From: Armatimonadota bacterium
Lineage (GTDB): Bacteria; Armatimonadota; SYMT01
Direction of reading: 5' to 3'
Assembly (NCBI GenBank): GCA_041690135.1
Contig: JAWLHY010000002.1
Span: 1,072,342-1,136,341 of the forward strand
Length of the DNA: 64,000 bases
Shown here one piece after another: positions 19,140 through 28,349 of the stretch (position 1 is its first letter; each line of letters starts with the position of its first letter). Below the pieces are notes generated by a model. That model did not search any database. It had not been told where the DNA came from and was given only the letters and a program-made list of their open reading frames with translations. The position numbers and the translations under genes are program-made.

Positions 19140-20272
19140 TGGTAGTCTCTCCGGGCCCGGCGCAGCAGGACGAGGAACACCGGGCCGCCCAGGAAAGCAG
19201 TGAGAATCCCGACCGGGAGCTCCACCGGTGACACCATGGTCCGGGCACCCAGGTCCGCCAGCACCAGGAAGACGGCCCCGGCCAGCGTCGCGGCTGGAAG
19301 CAGGCGCCGATGATCGGGACCGCACGCCAGGCGTGTTACGTGCGGGACCACGAGGCCGACGAAACCAATGAGTCCGCTGATGGAAACGGCGCAGGCGGTG
19401 AGGAGCGCGCTGACGGCCAGGATCCAGCGCTTATCTCGTTCCACCGCCACCCCCAGGCGGGCCGCTCCTTCTTCCCCGAGGGAGAACGCATTGAGACTGC
19501 GGCCCAGAGCGAGAGCACCGCAAAAGGTCGCCAGTGCGAGGGCGCCGATGAGGGAGACTTCGGTCCAGTTCGCCACGGAGATCCCCCCGAGGAGCCAGCC
19601 GTAGATGCGGGGGAGCTGGAGCTGCAGCCGGGCATCGATCACCAGGAGCAGTGAAACGGTGTATCCCAGCAGGGTGCTGACGGCGAAACCCGCCAGCAGG
19701 ACGGTGACGATCGGCAGCCGGCCTCCCACGCTGGCGAGGTTGGCCACGAGAGCCACCGCGCCCACCGCGCCCACGAATGCCAGGACCGGCACCGCTCCAA
19801 AGCCGAGGAACGCCACGCGGGAGCCGAGGAGCGAGCCCAGCACGGCGCCCAGCGCGGCCCCGCCGGAGGCGCCGACGACGTAAGGATCGGCCATGGGGTT
19901 CCGGAGCAGCCCCTGGAGCAGCACGCCGGCCGAGGCCAGGCACCCCCCGACAATGGCCGCGGCGACCACGCGAGGGAAGCGGAGGGCGAAGAGGATCTGT
20001 TCCTCATGGGGCTCCCAGGTGGTGGGGAAGCGGGTGAGGCCCGCCCGGTTCAGCAGCATGCGGAAGACGTCCGCGGTCGAAAGCTGCGCCGAACCCACCG
20101 CCACGGCGACGGCCATGGACAGGACCAGCAACACCGCGAGCAGGGCCAGGATGAATCCCAGGGGGAGTCGCCTCGCACCGGCGAAAGGCCGGCGGCGGGA
20201 TCCGGCTTGGCGCGCTCCGTCCGGCGTGGGGTCCGGGATTGCTGTTCCCTCCTTTTCCGTCCTGATCTCCAT
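19133..20272 (-). CDS. btuC: ABC transporter permease (BtuC/FecCD family)
   Basis: LRFPRV, LLRNPMADPYVVG, GEEGAARLGV, IGFVGLVVPH, ELPVGILTA. Confidence 0.9.
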   Translation of the reverse strand: MEIRTEKEGTAIPDPTPDGARQAGSRRRPFAGARRLPLGFILALLAVLLVLSMAVAVAVGSAQLSTADVFRMLLNRAGLTRFPTTWEPHEEQILFALRFPRVVAAAIVGGCLASAGVLLQGLLRNPMADPYVVGASGGAALGAVLGSLLGSRVAFLGFGAVPVLAFVGAVGAVALVANLASVGGRLPIVTVLLAGFAVSTLLGYTVSLLLVIDARLQLQLPRIYGWLLGGISVANWTEVSLIGALALATFCGALALGRSLNAFSLGEEGAARLGVAVERDKRWILAVSALLTACAVSISGLIGFVGLVVPHVTRLACGPDHRRLLPAATLAGAVFLVLADLGARTMVSPVELPVGILTAFLGGPVFLVLLRRARRDYQW

Positions 20273-20291
20273 GTCTCCCTGGCGCGTGCGC

Positions 20292-21272
20292 CTATTCGTT
20301 CGAACCGGCAACGGCAGCGGGTTCCGGGAAGCGGTCCGGATGGAGCAGCCGCGCGATCTCCTCCAGCCCTTCGACCAGCCGGAGACCCGGCCGGGTGATC
20401 CGCTCGCTGTAGACGCGATAGACCTCCCCGTTCCGCACGGCGCGGATCTGCGCCCAGCCCGGGCGGGACCGCACGGCCTCCGGCTGCTGCGGCTGCACGG
20501 GTGCTTTCGTATCCCCGAGCAGAATTACCTCCGGGTTTCGGTCCAGGACCTGTTCCGCGCTCACCTGCACGGCCGGCTGGGGCAGGTCGGCGAAGAGGTT
20601 CTTCCCGCCCGCCCGTTCGAGGAGGTCGCCATAGACCCCTTTGCCGCCCGCCACGAAGGGCCGGGCCGGGTCGACCGCATCCAGTTCCAGCATCACGGTG
20701 CGAGGCGGCGCGCCGGCGACGCGCTTTTCCACCGCCGCCAGTCGCGTCTCCATCGTCCGGACCATCTCCTCCGCGGTGGCGGTGGTGCCGGTGATCCTTC
20801 CGAGGGTGCGGATGTCTTGCAGGGTTTCCGCATAGCTGGTGGCGAAGAGCTTGACGGTCGGGATTCCCACCGCATCCATCTCCCGCAGGAAGTCGTCCCC
20901 CTGGGTGAAGAGGACCACCAGGTCCGGCTTCAGCGCCACGATTTGCTCGGTCGGCGGCCGGGGCCAGCAGTTAAGGGTGGCCTTTGCCTTTACGGTTTCC
21001 GGATAGTCGGAGTACGTGTCTGCGGCGACCACCTTCTCGCCCAACCCCAGCGCATACAGGGTCTCCGTATGCGCTGGGGCGAGCGAGACGATGCGTTCGG
21101 GTAGACGCGGGATCTGTACCTTGCGTCGGGAGGCGTCGGTGACCGTAACCGGGAAACCCGAAACGGACGCGGGGGCTTCCGAAAGTGTCGGGGATGCGTT
21201 CGGCGACCCCGTGCGGCATCCCGCCAGGGCCAGCGCCGCTCCCAGGATTGCGGTCCAGAGTATCCCTCGCAC
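20292..21272 (-). CDS. btuF: Cobalamin-binding lipoprotein (BtuF-like)
   Basis: Lipobox LAGC, FPVTVTD, RIVSLAPAHTE, RPGLRLVEG; inside the B12 riboswitch operon. Confidence 0.87.
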   Translation of the reverse strand: MRGILWTAILGAALALAGCRTGSPNASPTLSEAPASVSGFPVTVTDASRRKVQIPRLPERIVSLAPAHTETLYALGLGEKVVAADTYSDYPETVKAKATLNCWPRPPTEQIVALKPDLVVLFTQGDDFLREMDAVGIPTVKLFATSYAETLQDIRTLGRITGTTATAEEMVRTMETRLAAVEKRVAGAPPRTVMLELDAVDPARPFVAGGKGVYGDLLERAGGKNLFADLPQPAVQVSAEQVLDRNPEVILLGDTKAPVQPQQPEAVRSRPGWAQIRAVRNGEVYRVYSERITRPGLRLVEGLEEIARLLHPDRFPEPAAVAGSNE

Positions 21273-21336
21273 TCTTTCTCACCTCCAACTGCCGAGTAGC
21301 TAACAGGCGGACGGGACGTCCGCGCTCCGGCGACGC

Positions 21337-22188
21337 CTACCGCCCAGAGAAATACCGGTCGTCGTCGGTGCCGTTGACACCGAGGTGGTGCAGGTGGTGC
21401 GCCACGTTGTTGGCGTTGGTGGAGCGTCGGAGGGGCTTCAGCGCCTTCACGTGACCATCCACGAATACGGCGTTCAGGACCTCGTTGTGCCGGAAGTGGG
21501 CGTTGGGGAAGTCGCCGAACCCCAGCGAACTGGACGGCGGCGCGATGGAGAAGGTCTCGTAGAGCCCCGCATTGGCCCCCGTGCGGTACGTGGCCACATC
21601 CGCGAAGGCGATGCAGTCGGCGGGGCGATTGATAGACGCCTCGTGGACGGTGTAGTCGCCGTAGCGCCCAGCCGCCGTATTGCTGGCCAGGTAGATCCAG
21701 TTGTACCCGTAGCCTCCGGTGGCGTTCCCATAGGCGGGTCGGCCGGTGAAGCTGGGGCAGAGCTGAATCTGGTGGTTACGCGTGTAGGGGTAAAGCATCC
21801 CCTGGGTTTTATCCACCACCCCATTAGCGAGGAGCCCGAACCAGTAATGCCCCACGGTGTAAGAGGGGGGCAGCGTGAGGTGCAGCGGATAGCACCCCTC
21901 GTAGTCCTGGGAATACATCTGTAGGGCCGTCCCGAGTTGCCGCAGATTGCTGGCGCACGATGACTGCCGCGCAGCCTCGCGAGCCCGGGCGAACACGGGA
22001 AAGAGGATGGCGGCGAGGATGGCGATGATCGCTATCACCACGAGGAGTTCGATGAGGGTGAAACCCCGGCTTCGCCGATTAGGATGAGGATAATGATTAG
22101 GATCAGGACGGCGGGTTCCGGCCGCCTGAATGCCCGAACGCCCAACGCCCAACTGCCTGAATGCCTGAATGCCTGAACTTCTGAACAC
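21337..22188 (-). CDS. Prepilin-type DUF1559/H-X9-DG protein, first gene under the cobalamin riboswitch
   Basis: RBS AGGAGG + GTG; G|FTLIELL; CASNLRQ; [13 protein letters not shown]; His-rich tail HHLHH. Confidence 0.92.
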   Translation of the reverse strand: MFRSSGIQAFRQLGVGRSGIQAAGTRRPDPNHYPHPNRRSRGFTLIELLVVIAIIAILAAILFPVFARAREAARQSSCASNLRQLGTALQMYSQDYEGCYPLHLTLPPSYTVGHYWFGLLANGVVDKTQGMLYPYTRNHQIQLCPSFTGRPAYGNATGGYGYNWIYLASNTAAGRYGDYTVHEASINRPADCIAFADVATYRTGANAGLYETFSIAPPSSSLGFGDFPNAHFRHNEVLNAVFVDGHVKALKPLRRSTNANNVAHHLHHLGVNGTDDDRYFSGR

Positions 22189-22433
22189 GGTAACCTCCTG
22201 ATGGATAGAGAGAAGTCCATCGCGGCGCGGATCCGACCTGTGGGGTGCACAGACAACAAACGCCTCTCTTCCGGAGAAGAAAGGCGCCGACGGCGGATAC
22301 GCGCTGGGAGGAGTCCCGGTGGGGCTCGAACGAACGGCCTCGGATTCCGTGTGTTCCGGAGCGGCGGCCTGGCACAGCGACGTACACGTGTCCGTCCGGC
22401 CCCTTTAGTCCGAAGGGGGTTTCGGCCGAAAAA

Positions 22434-22607
22434 CCGTGAATGCAGGTCTCCTGGCTTCCGGATCGTCGCTTTCCGCGCCTTCTCCCGCTGCTTGCGGAAT
22501 GGCGGAGTGCGGATCGCTCCCCGGTTACAGTGGCGGCACCGCGCCGGATTCACACCGGCTTCCCTATTCTCCGCCGCACCCCCGTGGGCGCGGCGGCACA
22601 TTCATGG
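22434..22607 (-). ncRNA. Cobalamin (B12) riboswitch
   Basis: Minus strand AATAGGGAAGCCGGTGTGAATCCGGCGCGGTGCCGCCACTGTAA...GGGAGAAGG...AGCCAGGAGACCTG; closing stem CCATGAATG/CATTCACGG. Confidence 0.95.
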
Positions 22608-22641
22608 CCACGCGAACGATGGAGTTTTCAAGGACGGGCAG

Positions 22642-22670
22642 TTTATAGCACATGAGGCCGGGTTTGCCAA
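22642..22670 (-). promoter_or_regulatory. Sigma70-type promoter of the riboswitch operon
   Basis: TTGGCA-N17-TATAAA with extended -10 TG, about 35 nt upstream of the aptamer. Confidence 0.7.
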
Positions 22671-22732
22671 CGCCTGCCCGGCACGGTAGCATGGGAAAGT
22701 ACTGCGGGGCCTATTCCGGGGGAGAGTGACAC

Positions 22733-23341
22733 GTGAGCTGGCGGCTGGAATTCTATCGACGCGTGGGGCAGCCCCCCCTGTCCCTCGAGGAAAGCGATAC
22801 GGCGTTCGCCCATTTCGAACACCTGACGCGGTCAACCTCGCCTACGGACGGGCCCGAGCGTGAAGAGGTGCTCTACCAGCGGATCGACCGGGAAACGGGT
22901 ACGGAAGCGGACGTGATGGGAGGCGCCGAAGCGGGTTCGGAAGGGAGCGCGGAAGGGACCGTGAGGTATTTCTTCTCGTACCTTCCCGACTCGGAGGGCG
23001 AAGAGGATCCCGGCCGCCCGGATTTCCCTTATGAACGCACCCCACTTGAGTTGGGGGTACCTTTCTTCCAGTCCGAGGCGGTGGCCCGCCAGGCGGTAGA
23101 AACCGCCGTGGACGCCTGCGCGGCCCTGGACCTGCTCGCGCTCGACCCGCAGATGGAACAGGAGATTCCCGGCCGTCCGGATGCCGAGGTGCTGGTGCGG
23201 AGCTACACCACCTACAATCGGGACGTGGAAGACACGCTGGCCTTCGTCCGCAGCCGGAGCCGCACCGTGGCGATCGGCGTTCTGGTAGTGCTGGCGGTGA
23301 TTATCCTCTGGATGACGTTAGCCCTGATCGGACGGCGGTAG
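22733..23341 (+). CDS. Acidic hypothetical protein with C-terminal TM anchor
   Basis: 202-aa ORF, RBS GGAG, GTG start, terminal hydrophobic helix. Confidence 0.72.
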   Translation: MSWRLEFYRRVGQPPLSLEESDTAFAHFEHLTRSTSPTDGPEREEVLYQRIDRETGTEADVMGGAEAGSEGSAEGTVRYFFSYLPDSEGEEDPGRPDFPYERTPLELGVPFFQSEAVARQAVETAVDACAALDLLALDPQMEQEIPGRPDAEVLVRSYTTYNRDVEDTLAFVRSRSRTVAIGVLVVLAVIILWMTLALIGRR

Positions 23342-24238
23342 GGAATCGACCCGACGAGTGGGTACGGGAACGTGCTTCAGCCGGAACGGGTAGACCCGGC
23401 GCGCACCATGCTGCTTGAGGAGCTGCACTCGCAGCACGGCGGGGCGTTCTTTCAAGTTCAGGAACGTCACGCGGTAATCGAGTTGGTGCGGGCGCGGCTG
23501 GGACAGGCTGCCGCCGCCCGGCGAGGCCCGCTGGCCCCTGCGGTCGTAGAGGGAGGCTCCGTGCGTCCCCTCCTCGCTGGGGGTGACCAGCACCGAGCCC
23601 GGCGGACCGTCGACCGACAGCGTGATCCGCGCCGTGGCGTCGCTAAGGGTCACCTCGCGCACGGTCAGGCGAACCCCTTCTTTCTCCACCGGTTCCGGCG
23701 CCCCGGCTGGAGACCGGCCCTCTTCCAGTGGTACTTCCAGCTCGACCGGGGTGGACTGCTCGTAGGCGACGATCTCACCCTCGATCAGCTCGATTTCCGC
23801 GGTCCGGGTCGGAAAAGCAGGGGCGTAAACGTAACCGCGGAGCAGCGCTTGCTTCGATCCCGCCTCCAGCTTGCCCCCGTAATGTCCCAACTCGACCTGC
23901 CTGCCTCCCTCCCGCACCGTGACGCCGTGGATGTCCAGGCGCGTCAGACCCTCACCGGCCGACGGTCCGGCGGCCGGATCTGCCGGGTACACTCCCAGGT
24001 GCAGTTGCACCGTGCGCCGTTGCTGGAAGTCACCCGGGTCGCCAGCCTTTGCCGGCATTGGGAAAACCTGCGTGGTGGAGAGACTCTGCGTTACGCGCTC
24101 AACCACGATCCGGAACGTCCCGGCCAGCACCTCCGGTTGGCGTGGCAGGGCAGGCGAGACGCCGGGGGCGGCTACTACGCCCGCGGCAAGCCAGCTTGCC
24201 GCGGCGAAGAAAAGGCAGGGAAGACGGCGATCCTTCAC
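23318..24238 (-). CDS. Exported hypothetical protein (paralog of 24235..25488)
   Basis: Signal-like N-terminus; GTGA start/stop overlap with the upstream gene; shared motif blocks. Confidence 0.72.
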   Translation of the reverse strand: MKDRRLPCLFFAAASWLAAGVVAAPGVSPALPRQPEVLAGTFRIVVERVTQSLSTTQVFPMPAKAGDPGDFQQRRTVQLHLGVYPADPAAGPSAGEGLTRLDIHGVTVREGGRQVELGHYGGKLEAGSKQALLRGYVYAPAFPTRTAEIELIEGEIVAYEQSTPVELEVPLEEGRSPAGAPEPVEKEGVRLTVREVTLSDATARITLSVDGPPGSVLVTPSEEGTHGASLYDRRGQRASPGGGSLSQPRPHQLDYRVTFLNLKERPAVLRVQLLKQHGARRVYPFRLKHVPVPTRRVDSLPPSDQG

Positions 24239-25488
24239 GGGGTATCCCCGGACCGAGCCGGTGGCGGGGTGAGCGTCAGGGTCGTCGTGCGACCGGCGGC
24301 GATCGTTACCTCGCCCCATCCGGTGCGGAACTCGTCGGGGGAGAGCAGCCGGCTACCCGAGGCGGGCCGCAATCGGACCCGGTACTTCCCCGGACGGAGG
24401 CGGGAGATCAGCAGGCTTCCCTCGGCGGTGGGCCGCAGTTCGATCCACCGCCAGGCGGATCGCGGCGCCTCCCCGGGTGCGAGGCCGAGGAGAAAGCTGC
24501 GTTGCCCGAATGCCCCCTCTCGGAGCGAGATCGAGAGCATTCCGCCCGGGGTGCCGAATAGGGCATGGCCGGTGGGAATCTGCAGTTCATCCGGGTCCGC
24601 AGCCCCTTCCAGCCCATCCCGTACATCCAGGGTGTCCGGTAGGGAAATGGGGGGGAGGGTGAAGGCGAGCTTCTCCGGAACGCCACTGCGCACGATCAAT
24701 TGGAGGCGGGCACGGGTGGGGCTCTCTCCGAGGTCGCTGAAGGTCGCCGTGTACCGCGTAGCGCTGCCCGTTTTGGGGGTTAGGCCCGTGCTCGATCCCC
24801 CCGAGGGCAGGAGCACGCCCCCCTTCTCCGTTACCAGCGTGATGCCGTAGGGCGCCTCGGGGCTGACCCGCTGAACCTTGACGTCCGCCGCCCAGGCGAC
24901 CTCCATGGTCAACGAGAAACGGCCCATCTCGGTCTTCACTTCGCGCAGCACAGCGGTGAGCGGTCCCGCGCGTCGCGTGAGGGGCAGCTTGCCCGTGGTG
25001 GGAAAATCGAGGGTCGTCAGCGAGGCCTGCGGATAAACGACCAACTCGCCGGCCAGCTTCTGGAGCCGGGCGGCGTTGAGATCGACCTCCTGGGCCATCA
25101 GGAGCGTGCGCCAGGCGGCCAGGTCGGGACCGTTGCGCTGCTCCACGGGATAGGGCTGGAAGGTCACCGGGCGACCGGCGCCGGAGAATGCCAGCACCTG
25201 CGGTTCCAGCCGGTCGATGTTGAACAGCCGCTCCGCCCGCAGCGGCTCCACCGCCAGGTGCAGATACACGCTGTGCCGGCCCGTGCGCGCCGGTCGTCCT
25301 TTTTCGTCGAAATCGAGCGTGAGGTTCTCGGACTGGACGATCTTCTCCACGCGGACCCGGTAATCGCCCGCGCGCGCCTCGGGAGCACCGGGCGGCACCG
25401 GCCTCTTCTCCGGCTCGGCCGCCGTGGTGACCGTCCCGACACACAGGCTCACTAGCAAATAACCCAGGGTCCGCCGGCCGTATTCCAT
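24235..25488 (-). CDS. Exported hypothetical protein with extra C-terminal beta-sandwich-like domain
   Basis: RBS GAGGAG, signal peptide, C-terminal ISRLRPGKYRVRL motif. Confidence 0.75.
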   Translation of the reverse strand: MEYGRRTLGYLLVSLCVGTVTTAAEPEKRPVPPGAPEARAGDYRVRVEKIVQSENLTLDFDEKGRPARTGRHSVYLHLAVEPLRAERLFNIDRLEPQVLAFSGAGRPVTFQPYPVEQRNGPDLAAWRTLLMAQEVDLNAARLQKLAGELVVYPQASLTTLDFPTTGKLPLTRRAGPLTAVLREVKTEMGRFSLTMEVAWAADVKVQRVSPEAPYGITLVTEKGGVLLPSGGSSTGLTPKTGSATRYTATFSDLGESPTRARLQLIVRSGVPEKLAFTLPPISLPDTLDVRDGLEGAADPDELQIPTGHALFGTPGGMLSISLREGAFGQRSFLLGLAPGEAPRSAWRWIELRPTAEGSLLISRLRPGKYRVRLRPASGSRLLSPDEFRTGWGEVTIAAGRTTTLTLTPPPARSGDTP

Positions 25489-25621
25489 GCCCTGCTCCTC
25501 CTCTTGCTACTATAACCCGGGAGCCGGGATTCCACCTTCTGAAGAAGATACAACCCCCATATTCTCCGGACGGTTCTCCTCCCCGAACGGGCGTGGCGTA
25601 CTGATTGGACGGGGTATTGTG

Positions 25622-25630
25622 TGGTATAGT
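25622..25630 (+). promoter_or_regulatory. Extended -10 promoter element upstream of hfq
   Basis: TGGTATAGT about 230 nt before the hfq ATG. Confidence 0.5.
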
Positions 25631-25860
25631 AGAGCCATGTTGGGGAGCACGCGTCCGCAGGTAGTGTTGGCGGGCGCCCGTGTGCCGGGCGGGTAGAACG
25701 CGCTGCTTTTCACGCGCAGAACGGCAATACCCACCGGGGCACTTTCTTCTTTTGTCGGCGACCGCCCGGCACGACCGAACCTACGGTCCGGGCTTTCGGT
25801 CGCCGTTTCTCGCGCCCCACTCCGGTGGCGCAGGAAGTAACGAACTAAAAAGGGCACGCG

Positions 25861-26166
25861 ATGAGCAAGTCACAAATCAACCTGCAGGACAGCTTCCTCA
25901 ATCAACTGCGCAAAGAGAACATCCCGGTTATCCTGTACCTCACCAGCGGCGTACAGCTCCGCGGCAACGTGCGCGGCTTCGACGCCTTCACCGTCATCCT
26001 GGAGGGGCAGGGGAAACCGCCGCAGCTCGTTTACAAGCACTCCATCGTATCCGTGGCGCCCCAGCGTCACTCGCAGGCCCTGATGGGCATCGCGCCGGCT
26101 TCCGAGGAAGCGGGCGCGCCGCAGGAGATGTCCGCCGCTCCCGTGGGTGAGCCCGCCGAGGTCTAG
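25861..26166 (+). CDS. hfq: RNA chaperone Hfq
   Basis: [19 protein letters not shown]...[12 protein letters not shown]. Confidence 0.95.
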   Translation: MSKSQINLQDSFLNQLRKENIPVILYLTSGVQLRGNVRGFDAFTVILEGQGKPPQLVYKHSIVSVAPQRHSQALMGIAPASEEAGAPQEMSAAPVGEPAEV

Positions 26167-26171
26167 TCCGG

Positions 26172-27008
26172 ATGAAGTTCACCAAAATGCACGGCCTCGG
26201 CAACGATTTCATCGTGGTCGACGGCCTCGTGGAAACGATTGTTGAGGCGGAACTTCCGGATCTCGCCCGCCGCGCCTGCGACCGCCATTTCGGAGTAGGA
26301 GCGGATGGGATCATCCTGGCGCTCCCTTCGGACAAAGCCGATTTCCGGATGCGGTTGATCAACTCCGATGGCTCCGAAGCGGAGCATTGCGGCAACGGCA
26401 TCCGCGTGATGGCCAAGCTCGTCCACGACCGCGGTCATACGCAGGCTTCCCGCATCACCGTGGAGACGATCGGGCGGATCAACGTGCTCGACCTGAACAC
26501 CGAGGACGGTAAAGTTGAGACCGTGCGTGTCGACATGGCCGAGCCGATCTTCGACCGCGGCCGGATCCCGATGACCGGTCCCGCGGAAGAAGAAGCGATC
26601 GAGGTGCCGCTGGAAGTGGGAGGCCGGACCCTCGGCTTCTCCTGCATCTCCATGGGCAACCCTCACGCGGTGACCTTCGTGGAAGACGTCGACGCCTTCC
26701 CGGTGGAGACCCTGGGCCCGCTGGTGGAGCACCACCCCGTTTTCCCGCGCCGGACCAACGTGGAGTTCATCCAGGTGCTGGGTCCCGCGGAGCTGAGGAT
26801 GCGGGTGTGGGAGCGCGGCGCCGGCATCACCCTGGCGTGCGGCACGGGAGCCTGCGCATCGCTTGTCGCCGCCGCCCGCACCGGCCGCTCCGGACGGCAC
26901 GCCACGGTCCACCTGCCCGGAGGGGACCTCCTCATCGAGTGGAGCGACGACAACCACGTTTACATGACCGGCCCCGCCGTGGAAGTCTTCCAGGGGGAGC
27001 TGATCTGA
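26172..27008 (+). CDS. dapF: Diaminopimelate epimerase
   Basis: FTKMHGLGNDF, CGNGIR, MGNPH, ERGAGITLACGTG. Confidence 0.97.
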   Translation: MKFTKMHGLGNDFIVVDGLVETIVEAELPDLARRACDRHFGVGADGIILALPSDKADFRMRLINSDGSEAEHCGNGIRVMAKLVHDRGHTQASRITVETIGRINVLDLNTEDGKVETVRVDMAEPIFDRGRIPMTGPAEEEAIEVPLEVGGRTLGFSCISMGNPHAVTFVEDVDAFPVETLGPLVEHHPVFPRRTNVEFIQVLGPAELRMRVWERGAGITLACGTGACASLVAAARTGRSGRHATVHLPGGDLLIEWSDDNHVYMTGPAVEVFQGELI

Positions 27009-27271
27009 AGTTCGTGAGGTTGGGTGTTCGTGCCATAGGCTTTGCTTGTGGCACGGGGGCTGCCTCGGGGCGAGTGGTGCGTATTGCGTAAGAGCCACGT
27101 GCGAAGATGGCGCTTTGGGGTCTGGGACGCCACTTTCAGGGCAGGCGGCGGCGTGATACGTGATGCGTAAGCGGACGTGCGAGGGAGCGTCCGTAATCCG
27201 GGCTATGAGGCTGCTTGCGATGGTGTCGTTGTCCGGGCATTTGGCCCATTGGGGGTGCTCGTCAGGGGCTC

Positions 27272-28114
27272 TCAGGTTTCCGCGCGTTCCGCCTCACTCG
27301 GCGTGGGAAGGTCCGCGGTTCCGGCGGCGCCCCCACACGGGATGGGATACGGCCCCATTTTGTGCGTGGGAGGGTTCTGCTTTCGCAGCCAGAAGGCCCA
27401 CCACGGCACCCGGATCGGCTTCTCGACCGCCGGCGGTTCTGTTGAACGGTACAAGATGTAGTTGAGCAGTTCGTATACAGCCATATCCTGCTCATACGCT
27501 TCCCTCGCCTCCTCGGCGCTCTGCCGATCCGAGGAGGCATCCGGCCCCTGGCTCCACCCACTGTAGCGGCGCATCAATTGCTCGATTCCCAGGCCGAGCT
27601 TCGCGGCTTGGGCCGGAGGGAACTCGAGCTTCGCGTCTTGCAACAACGTCTCGGCGGCTCGAATCGGCGCGCCGCTTATCAGGGCTGCCATCGTGGCATC
27701 GCTGGGCCGTGCGTCGATGTCCCAAGTCTGCGTGCCGCGCCGCACGCGCATCAAAGATAGGTAAGCTGCGTTCTGGCTGTCGGGAAGATGGTCGAATTCC
27801 TGCGTGCCGTGTAGGTATACTTCGGTCAACTCACCTTCCAGATGGGTGAGAGCCGTGGCGAAGCAGTCGTGAACGGTTGGGCGAACATGTTTCCCGCGGA
27901 GGCGGAAGGCCGAATCGACCGCCTGTTGACCGGAAATGAAAAATGCCAGCGCCCGGCTGCCCTCCGTTTCTCGAAGGACGAAAGCCGCAATCCCCCGGTT
28001 GGAGTCACACAGGATGTCCGCGAGCTCAACGTGAACCGCCTTCTCAGTCGCGGTTTCCTCATTTCCCTCCGCGACTCCGGGTATCTGGCTCGAATCATCC
28101 ATATCCGCCCTCAT
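27272..28114 (-). CDS. Bifunctional nuclease (DUF151) family protein
   Basis: RPTVHD and IDARPSDA motifs; start uncertain. Confidence 0.75.
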   Translation of the reverse strand: MRADMDDSSQIPGVAEGNEETATEKAVHVELADILCDSNRGIAAFVLRETEGSRALAFFISGQQAVDSAFRLRGKHVRPTVHDCFATALTHLEGELTEVYLHGTQEFDHLPDSQNAAYLSLMRVRRGTQTWDIDARPSDATMAALISGAPIRAAETLLQDAKLEFPPAQAAKLGLGIEQLMRRYSGWSQGPDASSDRQSAEEAREAYEQDMAVYELLNYILYRSTEPPAVEKPIRVPWWAFWLRKQNPPTHKMGPYPIPCGGAAGTADLPTPSEAERAET

Positions 28115-28349
28115 TTCTCTCGGTGCAAAAGCCGGTCATCCCTACTGTCACGCCTTACCTCGCTCCGTATATCACCCTGCGAATGTGACCTGATCACAAA
28201 GGATCCCGGGGAGGGACATTCGAACCCCATCATGCCCCCGACCTCACGTTTCACGTGTCACGCCCCACCACCGCCCCAGGTCGCCTTCCCGCTTTCCAAC
28301 CGAGGCGCTGCACGTCTCTTACGCATCACGCATCACGGATCACCGCACC

